Both the position numbers and the translations under genes were made by a program. From a virus: a DNA stretch of 64,000 nucleotides. The notes beneath the pieces were generated by a model, which saw only the letters and a list, made by a program, of their open reading frames with translations, ran no database searches and was not told the origin of the DNA. Positions 37,801-47,334 of the stretch are shown one piece after another; within the stretch, counting starts at the first letter, position 1, and the number at the start of each line of letters is the position of its first letter. The stretch spans positions 5,870-69,869 of the IMG/VR virus record IMGVR_UViG_3300025529_000004; one strand, written 5' to 3'.

Positions 37801-40014
37801 TTAAGACACAACTAATAAATCATACAAGAATGTTCTTCTTTCACCACTTGTATTGACTTTAAGTGCATGATGTAAAGCATCATTTTGACAAATCATTACA
37901 CATCCCTTACTAGCACGGGTAATCCCTGTATATACAAATTGACGGGATAATAACATATAAGAACCATAATCAAATACAAATAAAACATGTTGAATCGTAC
38001 TACCTTGTGATCGATGAACCGTTATTGCATATGCCAATTCAATGAAATCTAGTTCACTTTTTGAATAGCAAATTAGTTCATCTATTCCTTCAAAGCGAAT
38101 CCAAATCTTATGATTTTCATTCTGATAACTATCAAACTCGATTTTTTCAATGATTCCTAATGTACCATTAAACACTTCAAATATAGAAAATTCGCCCATT
38201 GCCTCATAATTGTTCCCTACTTGAATAACTTTATCTCCTTCTCGATATTCATATCCTCCTCTTTTAACACTCTTTTTGGAAATATCATTAAATATTGCTT
38301 GTAATTCATTGTTTAATTTTTTAACTGATATATCACCTTTTGACTTTAAGCCTGTAATTACTTGAAACTCCATCAAATCCTTATTCTTATATTTTTTACA
38401 AATGTCTATCACCATGTCTTTAATGTACTCTTTGTTTTGAACAGGGATAAGTACCATATCCCTTAGTTCCCCATAAGTCCGTGTTTCATAATCATATCTA
38501 TCATTGATCGCTTGTCCGTCCCGAATGGTATTGGCTGTAAGAAGAATACCGGATTTAGAAGCTTGACGTTGAATAATCGTTAATTCTTGTTGTGGAAATA
38601 CATTTGCTTTTAGCAAATCTTCAAATACAGCACCACTACCTATTGCGGACAATTGACCTGAATCGCCAACAATAATAATTTTAGCATCATCTTTAAGTGC
38701 AGAAATAACACAGTTAAATAGATAACTATTCACCATACTGGCTTCATCTAAGACTACAATGTCATAAGGAAGTCTATTTTTAGAGTTATAGTTGAACTTA
38801 CCGTCTGATCTTACTTCAAGCATTCTATGTATAGTTTTTGATACTAAACCATGATTAGATAGAATCTTGGCTGCCTTTCCACTCAAAGCACAGCAACAAT
38901 ATAAATAATCTTTTAATACATTAAGAATTCCATTAACTGTGAAGCTTTTCCCTGTTCCTGCCTTACCGTTAAGAATGAATACATTATGTTGAGTGGCTAA
39001 CTTAATTGCTCTTTTTTGTTCGTCTGTATATTGGAATCCACCTTCAGTTTCCATTTGGGCGATGATTTCATCAATGTTTTCAATATTTGTTTTACTTTCT
39101 TTTTTATTCATATGTATTAATTTATTTTTGATTTGCAATTCATAATCATAATACTTACGTAATGCTACACGTTCACCTTCAAAATAAAACTCTTTTGGTT
39201 TTTCTTTGAGAATATTAATTGTGTTTTCAATAGGTTGAAGATCAATTTGTAATAATTCTTTTAATTTTTTGTATAATTGTTTTTCATTAATCCAAACATG
39301 TCCATTGTTTGACTCTTCGTTTAATAGGTACTTTAATGCAGCAATAATTCTATTCTTATTTGTCTTACTATCCCCTCTGTTTAAAGCATATTCATCCACT
39401 TTTCGGAATCCAAACATATTGACTTCACACAAGTTATAGATATTTTCCTTTACTTTTTGTACGACAATTTCAGGACTGCCAAAATGGTCAATTAATTTTT
39501 TCATTGCTTTAAAGGTTATCTTCAAGTCCTTTAATTCAACAATCGCTTCCTGTATGTTGATGTTTTTGAATAAGTAATCTTTGATTTTTTTATATGTTTT
39601 TTCTTTAATGCCCTTAATGTCACTATAATCAAACTTATCTTCTTTCATTAAGTCTAAAATTTTTTCGTTCGGATATTTTTGAATGATTGCTTCTGCTTGT
39701 GTTTCCTTTAACATCGCCCTTATGTATGCTTTTTGTTCTTCTACTGTTGTTGGTTTTTTTGTTTTTACTGCAACAAAAGAGTAACCTTTCCCGTACTTAG
39801 GATGTTCTGATGGCTCAATTATAATATCGTATGTATTACCAATAATTAATTCTGGTGTATTACCACTTACCACAAAATTATTATAAGAATTGAGTTTGAC
39901 CTTTTTTGAAGATTCTTGGTCAAATGGTTTTAAAGCATATACACCATACATCGAATCTTGATTATAATGCAATTTTCTCACAACATTAACTTTCAATTCA
40001 ATTTGATTAGACAA
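37801..40014 (-). CDS. recD2: RecD2/TraA-family helicase
   Basis: GKAGTGKS, LDEASM, VGDSGQL, AYAITVHRSQGS; N-terminal HhH region. Confidence 0.9.
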   Translation of the reverse strand: MSNQIELKVNVVRKLHYNQDSMYGVYALKPFDQESSKKVKLNSYNNFVVSGNTPELIIGNTYDIIIEPSEHPKYGKGYSFVAVKTKKPTTVEEQKAYIRAMLKETQAEAIIQKYPNEKILDLMKEDKFDYSDIKGIKEKTYKKIKDYLFKNINIQEAIVELKDLKITFKAMKKLIDHFGSPEIVVQKVKENIYNLCEVNMFGFRKVDEYALNRGDSKTNKNRIIAALKYLLNEESNNGHVWINEKQLYKKLKELLQIDLQPIENTINILKEKPKEFYFEGERVALRKYYDYELQIKNKLIHMNKKESKTNIENIDEIIAQMETEGGFQYTDEQKRAIKLATQHNVFILNGKAGTGKSFTVNGILNVLKDYLYCCCALSGKAAKILSNHGLVSKTIHRMLEVRSDGKFNYNSKNRLPYDIVVLDEASMVNSYLFNCVISALKDDAKIIIVGDSGQLSAIGSGAVFEDLLKANVFPQQELTIIQRQASKSGILLTANTIRDGQAINDRYDYETRTYGELRDMVLIPVQNKEYIKDMVIDICKKYKNKDLMEFQVITGLKSKGDISVKKLNNELQAIFNDISKKSVKRGGYEYREGDKVIQVGNNYEAMGEFSIFEVFNGTLGIIEKIEFDSYQNENHKIWIRFEGIDELICYSKSELDFIELAYAITVHRSQGSTIQHVLFVFDYGSYMLLSRQFVYTGITRASKGCVMICQNDALHHALKVNTSGERRTFLYDLLVVS

Positions 40015-40210
40015 TCAATTCTCGCTCCTTTTTATTAATTTTGTTTTGCAAAAATTCAATCCATTTTATGTATAGATGATGAGGAATTGGAATCTTTTCA
40101 TTTTCCATCTTACTGATGTAGCTTTTATGTACATTTAGATATTCTGATATTTCTTTGGCTTTAATATTGAGCATTATCCTTTTAATCTTTAATTCTTTTC
40201 CTGACAGCAT
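40007..40210 (-). CDS. XRE HTH protein
   Basis: ELKIKRIMLNIKAKEISEYLNVHKSYISKMEN. Confidence 0.8.
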   Translation of the reverse strand: MLSGKELKIKRIMLNIKAKEISEYLNVHKSYISKMENEKIPIPHHLYIKWIEFLQNKINKKERELIV

Positions 40211-40424
40211 ATGTTCTCACCTCCATTCAACTTGTTGAATTATCTTTATATTATATTAATTTATTTTTAATGTCAACAAGTTGAATGAAATTTTTTATAT
40301 CATTTTTGATACTTATAAAATAAAAAATCCAAATCATTATTTAATGAATAGGATTATCCTAGTCTTCTTTTTCTTATTAACTTTTCTATTTTATAACGTT
40401 AAAAATTAAAACAAAAATGGCACT

Positions 40425-40583
40425 CTATTGTGCCACTATAAAGTATTCATATATTGTTCCTGTTCTAATATTGTATTTCTTTATTTTGCCATCCTCTGTT
40501 ACTTCATAATATAAATCATCATCATCCCAATCCTGTTCCAAGTTTTCGATAATCCAATTAACATCCACTTTTAATCTCTCCAT
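40425..40583 (-). CDS. small acidic hypothetical protein (52 aa, not in ORF track)
   Basis: MERLKVDVNWIIENLEQDWDDDDLYYEV...FIVAQ*; overlaps the ftsK-like stop. Confidence 0.5.
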   Translation of the reverse strand: MERLKVDVNWIIENLEQDWDDDDLYYEVTEDGKIKKYNIRTGTIYEYFIVAQ

Positions 40584-42772
40584 TCATTCAAAGTTTCTTC
40601 ATCAGCCGTAATCACATAATTCCTTCCTTCTTTCGTAAGCCAGCCCTCATCACATAATTGTTTCATTAAGTCTGATACTATGTTAATTCTTATACCCATC
40701 GCTTTACGCAATTCTCCTATTCTTGTTTCTCTTGTAGTAGCTATTATTCTTTTTAGTTTATCAATTGGTTGCTCTGAGGAAGTTATTTCAATTTCTTTTT
40801 CAAAATTGTTAGATGTGCTATTAGGTAACAATTTTTTAATATCTTTAATGATTTGCTCTTCTTCCAGTTCATCTGTGGAGATAATCGGAGATTGAAATCT
40901 TATAAATTCGTCTTCGTACCCTTCTAACATAGCAACCCCATCCCCCATGCCAGTTAAATTATAGGGAATTCCTTTTCCAAAAACAGTCCTATAATCACTG
41001 GATGTTTTTAATTTAAACCCTATGACTGATGGCAAATTGCTTTTTAAAACGCTTGTTACAATTTTCTCAAGTGGTTTTTGAGTAGCTATAATCAAATGGA
41101 TTCCACAAGCTCTTGCTTTTTGACTTAATCTGACTATATATTCTTCAATTTCTTCATTTACCATTAAAAGATCGGCATACTCATCAATCACTAATACAAT
41201 ATAAGGCATTGTTTCTTTTTTCTTTTTATTATAAGCATCAATGTTTTTACATCCATTGGCAGCCAGCACACTATATCTCTCATCCATTTGTTCACATAGC
41301 ATATTTAATAATTGACAGGCTTTTCGAGCATCTGTAACAACTTGTTTTACTTGTGGAAACCCATTAAATTGTGAAAATTCCACCATTTTTGGATCAATTA
41401 GATACATATTCAGCATTTCTATTGGGACATTTAAGATTAAAGATAATAACAATTGATTTAAAAAAACTGATTTTCCAGATCCGGTTGTTCCGGCAATAAG
41501 AAGATGTCTCAATTTTGCTAAACAACCAAAAACAAATTCGCCATTTGTGTCTTCACCAATCACAAAAGGGATTTCATTTTGTTCTTTAAATATTTGAAAC
41601 TCATCTGATTCTAATATATCTCGCAAATATACAACTTCTCTTTTATCTGATGGTAAAATAACATCAACAGTATTTGGTTGATTACCTATTTCAATTGATA
41701 CGTTTTTATTCCCTAAACAAGCTTGAATATCAGGAAGCTTTTTAATTATTTTGGAGTAGTTTGTATCTTTTGGTATCTTAAATTGGATTTTAACTGTAGT
41801 GGCTCCTTTGAATGAATCGTTGACAACAAGCCTGTTTTTAACTACACCAGACATAATAAATGCGGAATTGACTTCTTTAATTAATTCTTTTGGTACAGTG
41901 CGATCAACATTTAGATTATTGGGCATTAGAGAAATAAGATTCTGAAGTAATTGATTCTGTTCTAAGATTTGATCTTGAGTCGAGTTAGAGGAATTACTTA
42001 ATACTTTGTGATGTTTAGGTATGAGGAAGGAGTATAGTTCTTCTTTGGACAGTATATTGTCATTGGTTTGAATAATTCGTTTATTAAAATTTTGTAAAAA
42101 ATTTTCTTTATTATCGACTCTTTTTAATTTCAAAGAGTTGAACAAGTCAATTTGTCTAAAAGAGCCTTGTATTTTATCTTCAAAATCATGAATATTCCCT
42201 TCAAATATGACCATTCTACATTCAAAATGATATAATTCACTCAATATTTTATCTTCTATCTCTTGAATCGGCGTTCTTTTAACATCTGATTTCAAAATAG
42301 TGTTGAAAAATCCTATCATTTTGGTTTGAATCGTTCTTAACACTTTATTGTCAATTGGTTCGTCATTTCCTTTTAAATATTCTTCGTATAGATCAATCGC
42401 TTTATATCTCCATCTTGGGCTAGATTTCTTAACTAATAATTGAAAAATAAACGAGTAATCTTCAAATTGATTTAATGTCGCTATAATATCTGTTTTATTT
42501 CTTGTATCTAATGGGAAAAATGATGATTTTTCTAATGAGATTGCATATAAATGCGCTTTTTGAAAATCTTGATGAATTAGTGGATCTTCTTTTAAAGAAT
42601 AGTTGTTAAATTTATGAAAACGGGGAGTCATCATAATGATTTTTCTTTGTTCTTGTAATTTAACAATTTCGATTCCGTAAACATAATCAGATATATATTG
42701 AGATTCCAATATGGTATCGATAATTTCTTCATCAAATGTATTTATTTCATAATGATTATGATCCATCTTCAT
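40571..42772 (-). CDS. FtsK/SpoIIIE-family ATPase
   Basis: HLLIAGTTGSGKS, IDPKMVEF, VIDEYADL, GIHLIIATQKP; C-terminal wHTH. Confidence 0.9.
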   Translation of the reverse strand: MKMDHNHYEINTFDEEIIDTILESQYISDYVYGIEIVKLQEQRKIIMMTPRFHKFNNYSLKEDPLIHQDFQKAHLYAISLEKSSFFPLDTRNKTDIIATLNQFEDYSFIFQLLVKKSSPRWRYKAIDLYEEYLKGNDEPIDNKVLRTIQTKMIGFFNTILKSDVKRTPIQEIEDKILSELYHFECRMVIFEGNIHDFEDKIQGSFRQIDLFNSLKLKRVDNKENFLQNFNKRIIQTNDNILSKEELYSFLIPKHHKVLSNSSNSTQDQILEQNQLLQNLISLMPNNLNVDRTVPKELIKEVNSAFIMSGVVKNRLVVNDSFKGATTVKIQFKIPKDTNYSKIIKKLPDIQACLGNKNVSIEIGNQPNTVDVILPSDKREVVYLRDILESDEFQIFKEQNEIPFVIGEDTNGEFVFGCLAKLRHLLIAGTTGSGKSVFLNQLLLSLILNVPIEMLNMYLIDPKMVEFSQFNGFPQVKQVVTDARKACQLLNMLCEQMDERYSVLAANGCKNIDAYNKKKKETMPYIVLVIDEYADLLMVNEEIEEYIVRLSQKARACGIHLIIATQKPLEKIVTSVLKSNLPSVIGFKLKTSSDYRTVFGKGIPYNLTGMGDGVAMLEGYEDEFIRFQSPIISTDELEEEQIIKDIKKLLPNSTSNNFEKEIEITSSEQPIDKLKRIIATTRETRIGELRKAMGIRINIVSDLMKQLCDEGWLTKEGRNYVITADEETLNEWRD

Positions 42773-43950
42773 CGTCTCCCAATTTTCTTTAAGGAAAATT
42801 TTTTAAATGTAATGGTATTGACGACATTTGAAAATGTACTGTGCATATTTTTAAACATGTCAACAATGTTTGTATCCCCTCTGGTGTAAGATTTAATAAA
42901 ATTTGGTGGGTTAGCTAGACGATACAAAGCACCAATTACAATAAGAAATTTAATTGACCATGCTTCTGGAGTTACAAAACGAGTTCCATATATAAAGATA
43001 CCCATTAACATGATGAAAGTAGCATAAACCAATTGAATAATTGAATGTTTTTGAATTGTTGACCACCATATATTAAATAAATATCTTTTATCGTCAAAAA
43101 TCCATGCAGTCATTGCCAATGGAGAAATAGCAGCTAAACAAAATAAATCCCACCACCTTTTTGCGTTTTGCATAATGATCGGCACTAATAATCCAATTAA
43201 AATTACGTCAAAGATCAAAACACTAACAGCATCCATTCCAGTGAGTGTCATATTTTCTATTAAACTACCATTTAAAAAGTTTCCTCCTAATTCAATTATG
43301 TCCAATGCTATTTTATTAATCATACGAAAGCCTTGTTGAAACAAAAACGGGGCAAATCCAGATACAGCTATCGATATAGGTATCCGTTTTATAATTTTTT
43401 GAAAATGTGTGGGTTTAAATTTCTTTTTATTTATCATTTGTTTAAGTGATTCGACAATTGTAAGAATAATTATGATTCCTATTGAAGCTGTTGAAAATAT
43501 TATTGAAGTATTAGGAACAAAAGTGTTATCAAATATAAAAGAAGGAGTTTGTGTCACAACTCTTAAAATGGTTTTATAAATAAAAATTAATAGTTCGATG
43601 GACATTTTATATATATTTTCTTTAAAATTTTTAAACCACTCAATTACATTGCTGATACTATGAATAAATGATTGAAATTCATTGATGGGATTTATTTTAT
43701 CACTTGTAAATATTCCATATTCTTTAATATTACCTTTTGCCAAAAAGGACTCCGCATAAGCAAAATGGGAAAATAGAAATGAAGTTGAAAGGACACATAC
43801 TGGTAGAGCGATAAATTTTATGCCTTTTAGAATGGTCGGAGAAACATTGAAAAACCTCCGAGTAGTTTTACTGTTACGTAATAAATTAAAAACACTAGTG
43901 GAGTTGTGATTAATATTTGTATGAAGCCTTTGATGATATCTGTCGTCCAT
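42769..43950 (-). CDS. multi-pass membrane protein (VirB6/TrbL-like)
   Basis: About 6-8 hydrophobic segments; ISPLAMTAWIF...WWST pattern. Confidence 0.55.
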   Translation of the reverse strand: MDDRYHQRLHTNINHNSTSVFNLLRNSKTTRRFFNVSPTILKGIKFIALPVCVLSTSFLFSHFAYAESFLAKGNIKEYGIFTSDKINPINEFQSFIHSISNVIEWFKNFKENIYKMSIELLIFIYKTILRVVTQTPSFIFDNTFVPNTSIIFSTASIGIIIILTIVESLKQMINKKKFKPTHFQKIIKRIPISIAVSGFAPFLFQQGFRMINKIALDIIELGGNFLNGSLIENMTLTGMDAVSVLIFDVILIGLLVPIIMQNAKRWWDLFCLAAISPLAMTAWIFDDKRYLFNIWWSTIQKHSIIQLVYATFIMLMGIFIYGTRFVTPEAWSIKFLIVIGALYRLANPPNFIKSYTRGDTNIVDMFKNMHSTFSNVVNTITFKKFSLKKIGRR

Positions 43951-44351
43951 TCGATTGATTGCTCTTTTTTTCTTAGCATTCTCAGTATTCCGGCTGAAAT
44001 TAGTAAAAGCATTGTTAGAAATACTGATGACCCTATTGCCATGTAAATTAGATGAATGAATGGATCTAGTATTTCTGTTGGCACTGTGTTTACCGGACTT
44101 TGTGAAAGTGTGGTTTGTAATTCGCTTGCCATTGACTTTGATGATAATGTCAGAAAACTGATTGTTGTCATTATGAATGATTTGACTATTATTGCAAATT
44201 CCTTTCTTTGTTTCTTTGAAAGTTTTGTCACCTCCTTTTCGTATATTTTTATTGGAAAATTTACGGGTTTGGTATCAATCGTAAATGAAGTCGTTTTATA
44301 TTTAATAAAGCTCTTTGGCTCTCTTGCGCAGATATTCACTGTGAGACTCAT
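43827..44351 (-). CDS. membrane protein with a VirB2/TrbC pilin-like C-terminus
   Basis: Signal-like segment followed by two TM helices, ...WTTDIIKGFIQILI... Confidence 0.5.
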   Translation of the reverse strand: MSLTVNICAREPKSFIKYKTTSFTIDTKPVNFPIKIYEKEVTKLSKKQRKEFAIIVKSFIMTTISFLTLSSKSMASELQTTLSQSPVNTVPTEILDPFIHLIYMAIGSSVFLTMLLLISAGILRMLRKKEQSIEWTTDIIKGFIQILITTPLVFLIYYVTVKLLGGFSMFLRPF

Positions 44352-44490
44352 TTTTATTCCTCCCTTTTTTGCTTACAAATTCGTACTCATGAAATTTTTT
44401 CATTAAAGAAGCAACTCCAATCCCCAAACCACCAACAGCTCCAATGTTTAAAGCTAATTTAACAACCGCATAAGTTCCTAGAGTATACAT
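44302..44490 (-). CDS. small membrane protein
   Basis: Single hydrophobic helix. Confidence 0.45.
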   Translation of the reverse strand: MYTLGTYAVVKLALNIGAVGGLGIGVASLMKKFHEYEFVSKKGRNKNESHSEYLRKRAKELY

Positions 44491-44561
44491 GCTTATCTCC
44501 TCGCTTTACGTTTTCTTATTTTCATTCTATTTCCATGTAAAATTGTCTTATTACCAATTTT

Positions 44562-44996
44562 TTATTGCTCATTTTCAATTTCTCGATAAAGAATTTCCTC
44601 TAATGGAGGACAATCTAATGCAGTCCATATTCGCAAAAAATTATCTAATGAAGGTTGAGATTTATTATTTAAAATTCTGCTAAGATTGCTTTCATCAACT
44701 TGTGCTAAAGTTGACAATTCTTTTTGCTTTATTCCTTTTCTTTCCATATAGTCTTTGATCTTGTTCTTCAATTTGCCTGAATTACCAATGTGATCAAAAG
44801 GAACGAAATTATCTTGGCCATAAATTCGTTTTAAATATGTGACTACGCAGCCATTAACAAAATCAGAAATTTCATTATTATTAAATCGTTCTGGTTTAAA
44901 TATTGTGTTTTTACTGTTTTCAAATTCAACTACTTTTTTCATTTGTTCATATGTTGATTTTTTGAAAAAGCAGTCTACTTTAACGAATTCCTCCAT
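44562..44996 (-). CDS. HTH (XRE) regulator with an N-terminal RHH-like segment
   Basis: LKNKIKDYMERKGIKQKELSTLAQVDESNLSRILNNKSQPSL. Confidence 0.8.
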   Translation of the reverse strand: MEEFVKVDCFFKKSTYEQMKKVVEFENSKNTIFKPERFNNNEISDFVNGCVVTYLKRIYGQDNFVPFDHIGNSGKLKNKIKDYMERKGIKQKELSTLAQVDESNLSRILNNKSQPSLDNFLRIWTALDCPPLEEILYREIENEQ

Positions 44997-45146
44997 GTAT
45001 AACTCTCCTTTTCAATGGGCAAAATGTGACTACAACAACATTCAACAAGGGGATATGGCAATGTATAAAAAAGATGATGCAGACTCCATTGAACTAATAG
45101 AAGAAATATTTGATAATTCTGAAACAAATAAGTGAGGTGAATCAAT

Positions 45147-45305
45147 TTGTCATTTCAATTTGGCTCTTGGTTTACTGATGAACGCCCGGCTTGGGAAGCT
45201 GAATTTGATGAATTGACTGAACGCGATTTTCAACAACTGAAAATTGAAAAAGAAAAATTGCGAGAAATATTAAACACCCTTTATCAATGGAAAGTGATAA
45301 GATGA
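45147..45305 (+). CDS. small hypothetical protein (52 aa, TTG start, not in ORF track)
   Basis: RBS GAGGTG; MSFQFGSWFTDERPAWEAEFDEL...WKVIR*. Confidence 0.5.
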   Translation: MSFQFGSWFTDERPAWEAEFDELTERDFQQLKIEKEKLREILNTLYQWKVIR

Positions 45306-45364
45306 TTTAATTCCTCACTACTGATTAGTGAGGAGTTTTTGTGAAAAAGTTTTTTGAAAGTTTC

Positions 45365-45489
45365 GTTACCCATTTTCACAAAATGGCAAATTTCATTATT
45401 TGCTGTTTGGGTAATTACCCACATACGGGTAACGATGTGGGTAATGAATTAGACAAGCTTTCGGTAATCTTAGGGTAACGATTGGGTAA
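45365..45489. repeat. GGGTAA(C/T) repeat array downstream of tubZ (candidate centromere-like site)
   Basis: Palindrome GGGTAATTACCC at 45409-45420; direct copies at 45427, 45439, 45462, 45473, 45484 (11-12 bp phasing). Confidence 0.7.
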
Positions 45490-45515
45490 TATGGTTTTGT
45501 TTTCATATAAAAATT

Positions 45516-46664
45516 TTATTTTTGGTATTTCTTTAGAATGTCGGAAATGTTCTTCTTTTGGGCTTGTTTTTTGATTTGTATATCTGTTTGTTTAAACTGG
45601 ATTGAGTGTGGTGCAGATATGACTTCGGATAAAATTTCTGATTGTTGCAATGTTTTATTCTCCATTTCCTTTAACCGTTCTTTGTTGAATTGTAAACCTG
45701 TAAGAATTGAATAAACGTCTCCTTTATTTTGATGATAATAACCTTCAAATACATCTAACGGCTGATTGCTGAAATTGGATAAAATCGATGAAATATTGAT
45801 GTATTGCATTAATTGTTCTTGAGCATCAAATATAAGCCCATACCGTATGATTTTGTCTGTATTAGGTTTAGTAAACAATGACTTATTCCACGATTTAACA
45901 ATTTGTTCACCAACATATTCAGAGGTTAAAGTGAATCCTTCCTTTATGTTTGATATGTTAACGTGAGATATATTTGCGAATCCTTTTGTTCCAAATACTG
46001 TAATAAGATCTTTCTGATCAAAATTACCATGCTTAGAGTACATTTCGGTGTGTAGTATAATGTTTAAAATTAAAGTAGAAAATGATTCATTTACATAGGA
46101 ATAAACTTTATTTTTGCTACCTAAGTGAGAAAAATTGTTGTTATCAATAGGTAGAATGCAAATATCCAACGAACTTAATTCTTTTAGGCAGTTTAAAGTA
46201 TTTAAATGTCCTATTGTTGATTCATTTATATCTGGCAATATTGGACAAGCTACTATTGTTTTATTGTCTAATTCATTGATTAACATATCAGTAATTAAAG
46301 GAGAAATCCCACTTCCAGTTCCCCCGGCTGTTGAAAAAACAACAAAAATCAATTCACTTGAAGGTTGAGAAACGTGATTTTTAATAAAATTAAGGGTTGA
46401 TTCCCAGTTTTGATTCATTAATTGAATAGCATAATCTCTTTGTTTTCCAACACCTTCAGTTCCAACGAGTTTAAGTTTCTTTTTATCATCTATGTTTTCG
46501 CAGCTGTCTAAGTCTTTTTGAGAATAATTTATTACCAATGAGCCAATCCCTTTACTTGCGAAATTGTCAGCTATACTTCCCCCTGCTTGCCCTATTCCAA
46601 TAACACTAAGCATTTTGTTCAACCCCCTCGATGATATTTTGAATTGCCTTTTCCCCAAATTCAC
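45516..46664 (-). CDS. tubZ: tubulin/FtsZ-family GTPase, TubZ-like (probable start 46613, MLSVIG)
   Basis: VIGIGQAGGSIAD and tubulin signature AGGTGSG; downstream of a wHTH gene. Confidence 0.9.
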   Translation of the reverse strand: MNLGKRQFKISSRGLNKMLSVIGIGQAGGSIADNFASKGIGSLVINYSQKDLDSCENIDDKKKLKLVGTEGVGKQRDYAIQLMNQNWESTLNFIKNHVSQPSSELIFVVFSTAGGTGSGISPLITDMLINELDNKTIVACPILPDINESTIGHLNTLNCLKELSSLDICILPIDNNNFSHLGSKNKVYSYVNESFSTLILNIILHTEMYSKHGNFDQKDLITVFGTKGFANISHVNISNIKEGFTLTSEYVGEQIVKSWNKSLFTKPNTDKIIRYGLIFDAQEQLMQYINISSILSNFSNQPLDVFEGYYHQNKGDVYSILTGLQFNKERLKEMENKTLQQSEILSEVISAPHSIQFKQTDIQIKKQAQKKNISDILKKYQK

Positions 46665-46893
46665 TTAAAAAATACATGTGTTTTCGTTTACCATTAACAA
46701 TTTCTACAAAACATAATGACTCCAGTTTTGTGATCGATTTCCTAAAGATTGAAACAGAAATATTTAATTGTTCGAGAAAAAAGAATTTATCTATTGCTGT
46801 GTATTTACTATAAGAATTGTTTTCGTGTAATGCGTTCAGCAAAACAATATCCTCTTCTGTTAGATTGTTTAAGACAGTTTGAAAATAATCCAC
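46606..46893 (-). CDS. tubR: winged-helix DNA-binding protein, TubR-like
   Basis: 95 aa, MarR/wHTH-like (FRKSITKLESLCFV...YFLSEFG); coupled to tubZ. Confidence 0.65.
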   Translation of the reverse strand: MDYFQTVLNNLTEEDIVLLNALHENNSYSKYTAIDKFFFLEQLNISVSIFRKSITKLESLCFVEIVNGKRKHMYFLSEFGEKAIQNIIEGVEQNA

Positions 46894-46910
46894 TGATGCC
46901 CCTCCTTAAT

Positions 46911-46990
46911 GATGTATTTAACAACAAAATTTTGTATTATGATGTTTTGATATACATTATGAAGCAGTTGCTTGTATTAATGACTTTTAT
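46911..46990. repeat. four ~20-bp phased repeats upstream of tubR (candidate tubC/operator)
   Basis: TGTATT(A)ATGA-like units at 46911, 46931, 46951, 46971. Confidence 0.55.
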
Positions 46991-47022
46991 GAAAGAAAAA
47001 ATTGCGAAATTGCAATTAAGTG

Positions 47023-47051
47023 TTGATAAAAATAAATTAATATAATATAAT
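47023..47051 (+). promoter_or_regulatory. sigmaA promoter TTGATA-17-TATAAT for the rightward operon
   Basis: Spacer AAAATAAATTAATATAA is a variant of the repeated element. Confidence 0.7.
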
Positions 47052-47118
47052 AATTACAAACACATAAACGTCTTATTTTTAAAAATAAATTATAATAATA
47101 TTAATAAGAGATTAGGGG

Positions 47119-47334
47119 GTGATAACGTTGAACAAACTTAAAAGATTAAGATGGAGTAACAGCGAGGTATTAGCATATCTTGAACATAAAATTTTAAATG
47201 AATTGGCTGATGAAGATGAAATTGAATTTTATGAAGATTGTCTATGGAGTGGAAGTATTAATAAATATACGTATACATACAAAAATTTGATCGATGAGAT
47301 GAGAGAATACTATAATAATGGGGATGATTATTGA
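47119..47334 (+). CDS. hypothetical protein
   Basis: RBS GGGGGTG. Confidence 0.55.
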   Translation: MITLNKLKRLRWSNSEVLAYLEHKILNELADEDEIEFYEDCLWSGSINKYTYTYKNLIDEMREYYNNGDDY

